A stretch of DNA of 64,000 nt from positions 148,368-212,367 of the forward strand of contig CP066688.1 in NCBI GenBank assembly GCA_016432425.1, written 5' to 3'. Shown one piece after another: positions 20,194-29,355 of this stretch. The DNA comes from Candidatus Daviesbacteria bacterium. Lineage in GTDB: Bacteria; Patescibacteriota; Microgenomatia; Daviesbacterales; UBA10151. The notes under the pieces are model-generated. The model had not been told where the DNA came from, did no database searches, and was given only the letters and a program-made list of their open reading frames with translations. Position numbers and translations under genes: made by a program. Each line of letters begins with the position of its first letter. Within the stretch, counting starts at the first letter, position 1.

Positions 20194-21348
20194 ATGTCTA
20201 AAACCGGGAAAGATTTAGCAATAATTATCTTCACTATTTTATTTTCTACTTTTTTAGTTTGGTTACCACATTTATTAGCCCTCCCTAATTTTTGGAATTT
20301 AGATTTTTCAGCAGGATTTAATACTATTTACCGCAATTTTGATGGATTGGAATATATTATAATTGCTAAAACTTTTTACGATCCGGCATTGATTGCCGGC
20401 ATTCCCCAGGCTTTACCGGCCAATTATTTTGCCTCTCATTTTCCAGGCTTCCCTTTATTAATTTTCATATTTGCTCCCCTATTGGGATATTTAAAATCAA
20501 TGCTTTTGGTAACAGTTTTTTTTACAATTGCCTCTAGTTTAGCTTTTTATTTTTTGGTTAAAGATTTTAAACTAACTGTCCATCCCCTATTTTTAACTTT
20601 AGTCTTTCTATTCCTACCAGCCCGCTGGTTAATTGTCCGCTCTGTGGGTTCTCCTGAACCTATATTTATTTTTTTTGTAATTTTATCTATTTATTTTTTC
20701 TTACGAGCTACTAGTTACCAGCTACTAGTTACCGAATTCATCTGGATCTCAGCCATCTTTGCGGCCCTGGCTCAGTTAGTGAGACCTCCGGGGATGCTTT
20801 TAATGGCAGGTTTAGGATTATATGTTTTATGGCAAGCTTATAAACAAAAATCTATTCAATATTTTCTTTCCTTTTATCCGTTTTTAACAATTCCATTAAC
20901 CTTACTCGGCATTTTTTATTTTTATGGCATTCAATACGGGGACTTCTTGGCTTATTTCCATTCCGGAGACAACATCCATCTCACTTTCCCTCCGTTTCAG
21001 ATTTTTAACACTAAACAATATTGGGTAGAATCTATTTGGCTGGAGGATATAGTGTATATTTTTTTGTTAGGTTTTTTAGGGGGGCTGCTACTCTTTAAAG
21101 AAAAAGTTTACCCTGTGGCATTTTTTGTTTTAACTTATCTATTTGCTTCTATTTTTGTGGCCCATCGCGATATCAGTAGATATACCCTACCGATCGCTCC
21201 TTTTGTCATTATTGCATATGAGAAAGTAATTAATACTAAATATTTTAAGATTACTTTGGCTATTTTGGCTTTGGGAATTTATCTCTACTGCCAAAACTAC
21301 CTTATTAATAATATCGCTCCAGTGCCTGATTTATCTTTTTACGATTAA
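20194..21348 (+). CDS. GT-C mannosyltransferase-like membrane protein (PIG-V-like)
   Basis: NFDGLEY, HFPGFP, SPEP, RPPG, SRY motifs; polytopic. Confidence 0.7.
   Translation: MSKTGKDLAIIIFTILFSTFLVWLPHLLALPNFWNLDFSAGFNTIYRNFDGLEYIIIAKTFYDPALIAGIPQALPANYFASHFPGFPLLIFIFAPLLGYLKSMLLVTVFFTIASSLAFYFLVKDFKLTVHPLFLTLVFLFLPARWLIVRSVGSPEPIFIFFVILSIYFFLRATSYQLLVTEFIWISAIFAALAQLVRPPGMLLMAGLGLYVLWQAYKQKSIQYFLSFYPFLTIPLTLLGIFYFYGIQYGDFLAYFHSGDNIHLTFPPFQIFNTKQYWVESIWLEDIVYIFLLGFLGGLLLFKEKVYPVAFFVLTYLFASIFVAHRDISRYTLPIAPFVIIAYEKVINTKYFKITLAILALGIYLYCQNYLINNIAPVPDLSFYD
20706..20733 (+). repeat. Tandem heptamer repeat (AGCTACT AGTTACC)x2 inside a CDS
   Basis: agctactagttaccagctactagttacc, encoding ATSYQLLVT. 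Confidence 0.8.
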
Positions 21349-22532
21349 TCTTCTTTTTTCCAGGTGACAAAATGGTTCATTAAAAAGTTCCAAGTCATTA
21401 CCGGGGGGATGGTGGCAAAGAAGTAAAAATTATTGTAAGCAATATGGATTTTGCTTATATAGATAAAGCCGTCTCCATATAAAGCATGCAGTAAATACAC
21501 TACCCCATAGCTAATTATTACTCCCCCTGAACTGACTAAATTAAATAGTAACCATCGTAATATTAGAGAATTTTTAGTTTTTCTCTTTTTGAAAGTCCAA
21601 ACATTGTTAAAGAAAAAATTATTTTGAATGGCCAAAATAGTAGAAATTAATTTGGCATTAGGGGGAGTAAAACCAAATTTGGCAATAAATAATTTATAAA
21701 AGATAAAATCTACCAACGTACCGGTAAAACCGACTGTCCCAAATTTGATGAAAGTTTTGCTACGCCTGGCCAAGAATAAAATTGGTAGATTCATTCCCCA
21801 TTTTGATAACCTCACTTCTATCGCATAACCAAAGATATCAATAATGTAGTTCATAATTTCGTTTTTCGACCGGTCTGCCCGACGGTTGCGAAAAATAATC
21901 GGTACTTCCGTCATTTTGGCCCCAGCCCGGGCAGCTTCTACTACTGCAGCCGGCTGGATTAAAAAGGTAGTGCCATGCCAGGGCACCGCCTGCCAATTCA
22001 TCCGCAAAAAAAGATTTTTGGTGTAGGCCTTATAGGAAGGAGTAAAATCGGTAATTTTCCAAATTCCGGTTAAAAGCCGCAAAACTAAATTTGCAAAAAT
22101 AGTAAACATCTGGCGAGAAAAGGCAATGTTATTCTTGCCGCCGGCAGTTAACCTGGAGCCTTGGACGTATTCATATCCCTCACTAATTTTTTGTAAAAAC
22201 TTAGGAATATCATTGGGGTCATGTTGTAAATCAGCATCTATTTGCATCAATACTTCAGCTTGTATTTTTTTTAAAGCATACTCATAACCTTTAATTATGG
22301 CTAGACCCAATCCCCGCTCAACCACATCTAGAAAATGTACCCGGGGATTTTTAGATACCAATTTTTTAGCTAACTCTCCCGTACCATCAGGCGAATGGCT
22401 GTCCGCTACTAACACATGAATATCGAAACCAGGCACCTTACCATTTTGTTCCAAAATAAGCCGGACAACCTTTTCTATACTACCCCGCTCATTGAAAGTC
22501 GGAGCAACTACAACTACTTTTTTTTCTTTCAT
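21345..22532 (-). CDS. Polyprenol-phosphate mannosyltransferase-like GT2 fused to a GtrA domain
   Basis: PTFNE, DSHSPDGT, QIDADLQHDP; C-term FIKFGTVG...NFFFNNVWTF...WNFLMNHFVTW. Confidence 0.85.
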   Translation of the reverse strand: MKEKKVVVVAPTFNERGSIEKVVRLILEQNGKVPGFDIHVLVADSHSPDGTGELAKKLVSKNPRVHFLDVVERGLGLAIIKGYEYALKKIQAEVLMQIDADLQHDPNDIPKFLQKISEGYEYVQGSRLTAGGKNNIAFSRQMFTIFANLVLRLLTGIWKITDFTPSYKAYTKNLFLRMNWQAVPWHGTTFLIQPAAVVEAARAGAKMTEVPIIFRNRRADRSKNEIMNYIIDIFGYAIEVRLSKWGMNLPILFLARRSKTFIKFGTVGFTGTLVDFIFYKLFIAKFGFTPPNAKLISTILAIQNNFFFNNVWTFKKRKTKNSLILRWLLFNLVSSGGVIISYGVVYLLHALYGDGFIYISKIHIAYNNFYFFATIPPVMTWNFLMNHFVTWKKED

Positions 22533-22576
22533 GGCTTGATTGTATGGGAACTTAACTAACTTGGCAAGAAGTCAAG

Positions 22577-23122
22577 TTATTTTTTAAAAACTTGAGCAAA
22601 GGTAGGATTTTGCTGGTCTTTATCTGAGACTTGAGGACTATTTATTTGCCAATCGATATTTAAATCAGGATCGTTCCATAAAATCCCTGTCTCTTTTCCT
22701 GGTTCCCAAAGCTGGTCAGTTAAATAATGAAAATCTGAATCCTGGCTTAATGATAAAAAACCATGTCCACAACCAGCCGGGACAAATACCCTGACTCTAT
22801 TTTTTTCTCCCATGTTGACAGATAAATATTTTCCAAAAGTTGGCGAGTTAACTCTAAGGTCAACAATGATATCCTGCACTTCTCCCCTCATACAATAAAT
22901 TAGTTTATTCCAGGGGGCTTGATGGATACCTCGCAAGTACCCTTTTTTAGTACGGGAATGGTTATCCTGAGCTAAATTAAATTTAAAACCTAAATGATCT
23001 TCTAATTCCGACAAACGGAAAGTCTCCCGGAAAAACCCTCGCTCATCTTCAAAAGTAGGTGATTCTATAATCAAAACTCCTGGGATCTCAGTTTCGGAAA
23101 TTTTAGTTTTGGTATCAGCCAT
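22577..23122 (-). CDS. rfbC: dTDP-4-dehydrorhamnose 3,5-epimerase (start probably MADTK)
   Basis: DERGFFRE, QDNHS, LRGIH, VDLRVNSPTFG, GHGF, WNDPDLNIDW. Confidence 0.92.
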   Translation of the reverse strand: MADTKTKISETEIPGVLIIESPTFEDERGFFRETFRLSELEDHLGFKFNLAQDNHSRTKKGYLRGIHQAPWNKLIYCMRGEVQDIIVDLRVNSPTFGKYLSVNMGEKNRVRVFVPAGCGHGFLSLSQDSDFHYLTDQLWEPGKETGILWNDPDLNIDWQINSPQVSDKDQQNPTFAQVFKK

Positions 23123-23126
23123 AATT

Positions 23127-24128
23127 TTAAATATAACTTTTTTGGACCACCCGATCAACTATTGGCCGATCTTTCCTTAAAGGTCCCCACCACCACTCAT
23201 TTTCCTTAAACCATTGTACAGTTTTTTCCAACCACTTATCGAAATTATGCTTTTGTCTCCAGCCTAACTTTCTTATTTTTGATCCATCGTTGGCATAACG
23301 AAAATCATGTCCCAAACGATGGTCTACGTATTCAATATATGTTTCATTTAGCCTCAAAATTTCTAGAATTTTTTTGGTTACTTCCAAATTTGTTTTTTCT
23401 TCCCCATTAATTAAATAAGTTTCCCCTACTTTACCTTTTTGCAAGACCAAATCAATAGCCCGGGCATGGTCCTCTACATATAGCCATTCCCTAATGTTTT
23501 CTCCCCTACCCATCAAAGGTACTTTTTGCCCCAGTAATAGATTGGTAATAAAACGGGGTATTAATTTTTCCGGATCATGGTAGGGCCCAAAATTATTGGC
23601 GCAATTAGTAATGGTGACGGGCAGTCCATAAGTTTCAAAAAAGCTGCGGACTAAATGGTCTGATCCGGCTTTAGAAGCAGAATAAGGCGTCCTTGGCTGA
23701 TAAGGAGAATTTTCAGTAAAAGACGATTCATTTAACTGCAAATCCCCGTAAACTTCATCGGTGGAGATATGATGAAATCTTTTGACTTGATGTTTCAAAG
23801 CTGCATCCAGTAAAGTGGCTGTCCCCAAAACATTGGTTTTGACAAAAACCAAAGGATCAATCACGGAGCGGTCCACATGAGACTCAGCGGCAAAATGAAC
23901 TATTATATCAACTGTCGACATGGCTTGATCAACAGCTGCCGGGTCTGTAATATCTCCTTTAATAAAAAGGTAGCGAGGGTTTTGTTCAACATCACGCAAA
24001 CTTTCCAGATGACCGGCGTAAGTTAATTTATCAAAATTGACAACCGTATCTTGAGGATGGTTTTTTAAGTAATAACGAATAAAATTTGAACCAATAAAAC
24101 CCGCTCCCCCGGTAACCAAAATTTTCAT
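23127..24128 (-). CDS. rfbB: dTDP-glucose 4,6-dehydratase
   Basis: GGAGFIGSNF, DKLTYAG, AAESHVDRS, STDEVYG, YSASK. Confidence 0.97.
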   Translation of the reverse strand: MKILVTGGAGFIGSNFIRYYLKNHPQDTVVNFDKLTYAGHLESLRDVEQNPRYLFIKGDITDPAAVDQAMSTVDIIVHFAAESHVDRSVIDPLVFVKTNVLGTATLLDAALKHQVKRFHHISTDEVYGDLQLNESSFTENSPYQPRTPYSASKAGSDHLVRSFFETYGLPVTITNCANNFGPYHDPEKLIPRFITNLLLGQKVPLMGRGENIREWLYVEDHARAIDLVLQKGKVGETYLINGEEKTNLEVTKKILEILRLNETYIEYVDHRLGHDFRYANDGSKIRKLGWRQKHNFDKWLEKTVQWFKENEWWWGPLRKDRPIVDRVVQKSYI

Positions 24129-24131
24129 AGA

Positions 24132-24998
24132 TTATTTTTGATTGATAAGATTTAATAAATATTCCCCATAACCGCTTTTCAAAAGGGGCTCTGCCAAAGC
24201 TTCTAACTGTGCTTTATTTATAAAACCTTCTCTAAAAGCCACTTCTTCCAGACAGCCGATTTTTAACCCCTGTCTTTCTTCGATCACTTGTACAAATTGG
24301 GAAGCTTGAGTCATACTGTTAAAAGTTCCTGTATCCAGCCAAGCAGTCCCCCGATCTAACAAACAAACTTTTAATTTACCTTTTTTAAGATAAGCATCTA
24401 AAACCGAGGTTATCTCCAGCTCTCCTCTGGAACTCGGTTCAACATTTCTGGCAATTTCTATAACATCATTATCACAAAAATAAAGTCCAGCATTAGCATA
24501 ATTTGATTTAGGAATAAGCGGTTTTTCTTCAATTGAAATAATATTCATTTTGTCATCAAACTCATAAACCCCGTATCTTTGTGGATCAGTTACTTGTGCT
24601 GCAAACCCCAAAGCTCCATCTATATCTGCATACTGCTTTAATTGCTTACCCATCTGAGTACCGTAAAAAATATTATCTCCTAAAATCATAGCTACCTTAT
24701 CACTACCTATAAAATCTGCCCCTAATATAAAAGCATCTGCTAAACCCCGCGGTGTTTTTTGTACTTTATAGGAAAATTTACAACCTAATTTTGAACCATC
24801 CCCTAAAAGTTCTTCAAATCTAGGAAGATCTTTTTCTGTAGAAATAATTAAAATGTCGTTGATACCAGCCAACATAAGGATTGATAGCGGGTAATAAATC
24901 ATCGGTTTATCATAAACCGGTAGCAGTTGTTTGCAAACATAAAGTGTGAGCGGGTATAGTCGGGTACCCAATCCTCCAGCTAGAACAATACCTTTCAT
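24132..24998 (-). CDS. rfbA: Glucose-1-phosphate thymidylyltransferase
   Basis: GIVLAGGLGTRLYP, KQLLPVYDKPM, RGELEIT, WLDTGT. Confidence 0.97.
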   Translation of the reverse strand: MKGIVLAGGLGTRLYPLTLYVCKQLLPVYDKPMIYYPLSILMLAGINDILIISTEKDLPRFEELLGDGSKLGCKFSYKVQKTPRGLADAFILGADFIGSDKVAMILGDNIFYGTQMGKQLKQYADIDGALGFAAQVTDPQRYGVYEFDDKMNIISIEEKPLIPKSNYANAGLYFCDNDVIEIARNVEPSSRGELEITSVLDAYLKKGKLKVCLLDRGTAWLDTGTFNSMTQASQFVQVIEERQGLKIGCLEEVAFREGFINKAQLEALAEPLLKSGYGEYLLNLINQK

Positions 24999-25150
24999 AA
25001 TAAGATGCTAAATAAAATAATTGCCACTAATGCGGCTGTTAAAATATACTCCAAGACAATTTCCCAAGTCAAACTTTTATCCCGGTGGTGGTGTTGCAGA
25101 GCCCAAAATAGATAGATCAAAATTAATCCAGTAGCAATTGCTATTTTCAT
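24995..25150 (-). CDS. Small 51-aa two-TM membrane protein, missing from the ORF track
   Basis: MKIAIATGLILIYLFWALQHHHRDKSLTWEIVLEYILTAALVAIILFSILL; fills the gap exactly with ATGA overlaps at both ends. Confidence 0.75.
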   Translation of the reverse strand: MKIAIATGLILIYLFWALQHHHRDKSLTWEIVLEYILTAALVAIILFSILL

Positions 25151-26019
25151 AAAATACTCCCTCCGCCGCTAGAAGCTAAAGTGGCTGCGGCCATAGAAAT
25201 CACTGCCAGATGGGCTAAATGATTGGATCTGACTTTAAGCACCCCTCTTTTTCGGATAATCAAAAGGTCTAAGATTACCAATATTGCTACAAAAGCTAAA
25301 ATTCCCAGTCCCGTAACTTTAGTTACAGATAAAGGATCCAACAAGGCCTTTTCTACCTTAGTATCTTGCAAGCCAGCTACCAATTGCGTTACCTGATTAT
25401 ATGAATCCTGGGGAACTGTTAATTTTTCCCCACCAACAGAAACTGTGGGAGCAGCAGCTAAGGTTTGGGTAGTACCAAATTCCTGGACCACTAAAGTAGT
25501 TTTTTGACCATTCAAAACTCCCTCTACTACAGCAATACCAATATCCTGATATTTAGGGTTTAGAATATTAGCCCGATGAGTAGGTGATTGCATCCAAGCA
25601 GTTACTACTTCATTTGACTGAGAAAAGCTTTTTGCTAAATTTTCACCGGCATAGGTAAATTTATAACCTGCACTCAAAATAAAATCCCAGGGAGTTTTAC
25701 CAGATGGTGCAAAGTGGGCCCAATAATTTTCTTGAAACATATTGGTTGCTTTCGCTGCAGCAGCTTGATTTAAGGCAGTATTTTCTCTTAAAGGGCTTAA
25801 ACCATTTTTTTGCCGCTCCTGGTTAGTTAATTCAATTAGTTGGTTTTGGGAAATAACGGATTCAACCCCTAAAATTCCTGGTTTATAAAAACTAAATACC
25901 AGGAAACTAATTTTTAAAAGCAAAAAGATTAAGCCGTAAATTAAAATTGCTTCCCAGGAAATTAAATGAGCTTTTTTATGAGTTTCGCGGTGGGGGATAA
26001 ATAAATTATGCCAAACCAT
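25147..26019 (-). CDS. Membrane-anchored CAP/SCP domain protein
   Basis: LTNQERQKNGL, YWAH, AGENLA, WMQSPTHRANIL, IGIAV. Confidence 0.9.
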   Translation of the reverse strand: MVWHNLFIPHRETHKKAHLISWEAILIYGLIFLLLKISFLVFSFYKPGILGVESVISQNQLIELTNQERQKNGLSPLRENTALNQAAAAKATNMFQENYWAHFAPSGKTPWDFILSAGYKFTYAGENLAKSFSQSNEVVTAWMQSPTHRANILNPKYQDIGIAVVEGVLNGQKTTLVVQEFGTTQTLAAAPTVSVGGEKLTVPQDSYNQVTQLVAGLQDTKVEKALLDPLSVTKVTGLGILAFVAILVILDLLIIRKRGVLKVRSNHLAHLAVISMAAATLASSGGGSIL

Positions 26020-26024
26020 TAAAT

Positions 26025-26378
26025 CTAGTATACCAAGTTATCTTCTATTTTTTTACTGTTGACGGGAATACCCAGAGACAATCCTAGAGCATTGGCTACT
26101 GAAACTCCCACTCTCAAACCAGTAAAAGATCCCGGCCCAGTTTCTACCTCAATTCCAGTCAAAATTTTCCAATTTGAATTTGCACAATTTGCACTCCTGG
26201 TCTGTTTTTGAACCTGCACTCCCGGAGTGTAGGTTTGAAGTAACTTTTCTATTAGTGGCAGTAAAACTTGAGATCCATACTCATTTTCCTGGCTTAAACT
26301 AGCCATTACTTCCCCATCTTTTTTAAGAGAAACCTCCACCACTTTTTGGTCTTTGGTATTAATATGGAGTATCATCAT
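26025..26378 (-). CDS. tsaB: Short TsaB (t6A biosynthesis) carrying an in-frame repeat insertion
   Basis: SQVLLPLIEKLL...GPGSFTGLRVGVSVANAL; start MMILHINT 7 nt after TAAAAT. Confidence 0.85.
   Translation of the reverse strand: MMILHINTKDQKVVEVSLKKDGEVMASLSQENEYGSQVLLPLIEKLLQTYTPGVQVQKQTRSANCANSNWKILTGIEVETGPGSFTGLRVGVSVANALGLSLGIPVNSKKIEDNLVY
26186..26236 (-). repeat. REP-like doublet inside tsaB
   Basis: Minus strand aaacctacactccgggagtgcaggttcaaaaacagaccaggagtgcaaatt, colinear with 48563-48613; includes hairpin AACCTGCACTCC-C-GGAGTGTAGGTT (26211-26235). Confidence 0.85.
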
Positions 26379-26419
26379 AATACGAATTTTACCACGAGCA
26401 GGGATGACATCATACACGC

Positions 26420-26448
26420 TTGACAAATGCTATAGGACATAGTATAAT
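26420..26448 (+). promoter_or_regulatory. Perfect sigma70 consensus promoter, probably leaderless
   Basis: TTGACA-17 nt-TATAAT; ATG at 26456 is 7 nt downstream. Confidence 0.8.
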
Positions 26449-26455
26449 TATTTTC

Positions 26456-26962
26456 ATGGAATCAGAGATTAACCGGGCTTCGGTTAAAGATCGTGTAAAA
26501 ACAAAACACATAAAATCATTTGCTCGCTTAGGAATAAGCGCCCTAGTTATTGCCGCTCCTATATTAGAACAAAGTTTTGTCCAAGCCGGCGGATGTTTAT
26601 TACCAGAAGCCCCTGGACATTTAAGAATTTGGGCAGAACCAATTCACATGCATGCGGGGAGTTCTGATGAACCTTTGCCAGATCACTCTCATCTCTTTAG
26701 ATTTTTATGGGAACCAGCCCTAGGAGCTAGCGGATATGAATTTAGATTGGATGATCCAACTACCACCGGTATCATTAATGGCGTTAATAAAGAACCAGAT
26801 GTGGAAGGTCTTTTACCGCGTACTGGAATTGATGTTGATTTGCAAAACCCGACTACCTATAACTGGAGTGTAAGTTCTGTAAATGAATGCGGCGAAAGCG
26901 TCGAAGCGGTAGGCCCAAACCTGACCATCGCTGGATACACTATTAATCCTACTGTTCAATAA
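26456..26962 (+). CDS. Hypothetical exported protein, possibly FN3-like beta sandwich
   Basis: Basic then hydrophobic N-terminus; WEPALGASGYEF and TYNWSVSSVNECG patterns. Confidence 0.55.
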   Translation: MESEINRASVKDRVKTKHIKSFARLGISALVIAAPILEQSFVQAGGCLLPEAPGHLRIWAEPIHMHAGSSDEPLPDHSHLFRFLWEPALGASGYEFRLDDPTTTGIINGVNKEPDVEGLLPRTGIDVDLQNPTTYNWSVSSVNECGESVEAVGPNLTIAGYTINPTVQ

Positions 26963-27092
26963 TAATTACTGCACATCCAGATATAATAATTGACAGAATC
27001 TTTAAATTCATTTTGTCACAATTCGTACTACGATCGTTGAATGAATTGTTATAGATTTAGTTTTTCCAGCTTTTGTTGGTATAATTTCAGCT

Positions 27093-28202
27093 ATGGATGA
27101 AATACTAGATAAACTAAATTCTTTACAGGAAAGATTTCAAAAAATATCTGACTCTTTGGATCGGGAGAAATTGCATGGAGAAATTAAAGAACTAGAAACC
27201 CAAACCATGAAAAAAGGCTTTTGGAATGATCCCCAACAAGCATCTATTGTTAGTCAAAGATTAGCAGATAAACAAAAAACTCTCAGCAGTTTAGAGATGG
27301 TAGAAAATAGACTTCGGGATGCAAATAGCCTTTATGAAGAAAGCAATCAAACTACCATTGGATGGACTACAGATGACACTCAATTATTAGTCACGGAGAT
27401 TAGGGACTTAGAGGAAATATTAGATAAATTAGAGCTAAAGCTATTTTTATCCAATCCCCATGATTCTGCTGAGGCCATTTTATCCATCCATGCCGGCACC
27501 GGGGGAGTAGAAGCGATGGACTGGGCAGCCATGCTTTCTCGGATGTACCAGCGGTATTTTGATAAAATTGGCTGGAAATTTGAATTAGGTGATGAAAGCG
27601 TGGGTGAAGAAGCAGGCATTAAATCCATCTCTTTCATTGTCCATGCCCCTTTTGCCTATGGGTACTTAAAAGGAGAGAGCGGCACCCATCGACTGGTGCG
27701 CCAATCCCCCTTTAATGCTGACAACTTACGCCAAACTTCCTTTGCAGCCGTGGAAGTTTTACCGATCATTGAAGACCAAAATGAGGTAACTATTAACCCA
27801 ACAGATATAGAATTTTCAAGCTTTAGGGCTGGTGGAGCAGGAGGACAAAATGTTAATAAAGTTTCAACTGCAGTCAGACTTAAACATCTTCCTACAGGAC
27901 TCGTAGTGACAGCTCAGACAGAAAGATCACAGCTGCAGAATAGAGAAAATGCATTGCGGATACTGCGAGCTAAGCTCTGGGTGCTCCAACAAACACAGCT
28001 CGCCGAGGAAAAAGCAGAACTTAGAGGTAGTTACCAAAAAGCTAGTTGGGGCAGCCAAATCCGCTCTTATGTTTTGCACCCCTACCATTTAGTCAAAGAC
28101 CTAAGGACAGGAGTGGAAATTTCCGATACCGAGGGAGTCCTGGATGGGGAGTTGAACCAGTTTATTGAGGCAAACTTGAGGCTGGACAAAGATAGATTAT
28201 AA
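27093..28202 (+). CDS. prfB: Peptide chain release factor 2, continuous ORF
   Basis: SPF motif (RQSPFNA), [18 protein letters not shown]. Confidence 0.96.
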   Translation: MDEILDKLNSLQERFQKISDSLDREKLHGEIKELETQTMKKGFWNDPQQASIVSQRLADKQKTLSSLEMVENRLRDANSLYEESNQTTIGWTTDDTQLLVTEIRDLEEILDKLELKLFLSNPHDSAEAILSIHAGTGGVEAMDWAAMLSRMYQRYFDKIGWKFELGDESVGEEAGIKSISFIVHAPFAYGYLKGESGTHRLVRQSPFNADNLRQTSFAAVEVLPIIEDQNEVTINPTDIEFSSFRAGGAGGQNVNKVSTAVRLKHLPTGLVVTAQTERSQLQNRENALRILRAKLWVLQQTQLAEEKAELRGSYQKASWGSQIRSYVLHPYHLVKDLRTGVEISDTEGVLDGELNQFIEANLRLDKDRL

Positions 28203-28225
28203 CTGTTACTATTATTTAAGTAATT

Positions 28226-28663
28226 ATGGAAAACTCCACTGCCGATAATTTAATTAAACCCTTAGCCAAAAGTTCCCAAACTGTTAAAATAATGGTGGCT
28301 GTACTTATCTCAACAATTGCTTTAGGAGGAATTACCGGTTATTTAATGGCGAATAAAAATCCCATTTCCAACCTTTCCACCGGCATTAACGGTACCCCTC
28401 CTAAATCTGCCCAACAGGACAGTAAAACTTTTCGTGATTTTGCCGAAGGAGTAATTAAACCCAAATCAACCGAATCAGATAACTACAGTGAGGGCACCCA
28501 TATTTTGCAACGGGACAACAACCCTACTCCGGTAGCCTTAACTTCTTCCGTGGTTGATTTGTCGCAATATGAAGGCAAAAAAGTGCGAATTTACGGAGAA
28601 ACCCAAAAGGCTGTGACTGAAGGATGGTTAATGGATGTAGGCAAAGTTGAGATTATCAAATGA
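28226..28663 (+). CDS. Hypothetical single-TM protein with possible OB-fold C-terminus
   Basis: N-terminal TM helix; DLSQYEGKKVRIYG. Confidence 0.6.
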   Translation: MENSTADNLIKPLAKSSQTVKIMVAVLISTIALGGITGYLMANKNPISNLSTGINGTPPKSAQQDSKTFRDFAEGVIKPKSTESDNYSEGTHILQRDNNPTPVALTSSVVDLSQYEGKKVRIYGETQKAVTEGWLMDVGKVEIIK

Positions 28664-28669
28664 TAACCG

Positions 28670-29350
28670 ATGATCAAATTCGAAAATGTTAGCAAAAAGT
28701 TTAGCTCCTCCATCATCGCCCTGGATGACATTAATTTAGAAATTTCCCAGGGAGAATTCATTTTTCTGGTCGGCCCTTCGGGTGCTGGCAAATCCACCCT
28801 ACTTCGGATTTTAACCAGAGAAATTACTCCCACTAGCGGCCAGGTCTCCCTTGATAAAGTAGATATTACTAAAATTAAAGAGTCAGAAGTTTTTAAACTG
28901 CGCCGCAAAATAGGCTTTGTTTTTCAAGATTTTAAATTGCTAGATGATCGGACAGTTTTCGAAAATGTCGCCTTAACCCTGGAAGCTTTGGGCAAAGACG
29001 ATGATGAAATCCGCAAACAAGTTGAACATACCTTAAAATTAGTAGAGATTTGGGACCGCCGGAATTTGTTCCCCCGTCAGCTTTCCGGAGGAGAAGCTCA
29101 ACGCACAGCCATGGCCCGGGCTATCATTGGCAAACCGGAAATTTTACTGGCTGATGAACCAACCGGTGATTTAGACCCTAAAACTGCCTGGGGAGTTATC
29201 CAACTATTAAATGAGATTAACTCTTGGGGAACTACAGTTTTAATGGCCACTCACAACTCCGAAATTGTCAATTCTCTAAAGCGGCGCGTAGTTACCTTAA
29301 AAGGGGGTAAAATTATCAAAGACAGCAAAGAAGGGAAGTACGATCTTTAA
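28670..29350 (+). CDS. ftsE: Cell division ABC ATPase FtsE
   Basis: GPSGAGKST, IGFVFQDFKLL, LSGGE, LADEPTG; upstream of ftsX. Confidence 0.92.
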   Translation: MIKFENVSKKFSSSIIALDDINLEISQGEFIFLVGPSGAGKSTLLRILTREITPTSGQVSLDKVDITKIKESEVFKLRRKIGFVFQDFKLLDDRTVFENVALTLEALGKDDDEIRKQVEHTLKLVEIWDRRNLFPRQLSGGEAQRTAMARAIIGKPEILLADEPTGDLDPKTAWGVIQLLNEINSWGTTVLMATHNSEIVNSLKRRVVTLKGGKIIKDSKEGKYDL

Positions 29351-29355
29351 AAATT

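Noticed and set aside
26379-26455. ORF-track starts at 26426 (minus) and 26420 (plus), and similar extensions at 17281, 23158, 36290, 46758, 54577
   Set aside because: They run through promoter elements or neighbouring genes; downstream starts fit better.
28108-28119. caggagtggaaa in prfB resembling half a core
   Set aside because: Encodes the conserved RTGVE segment of RF2; likely coincidence.
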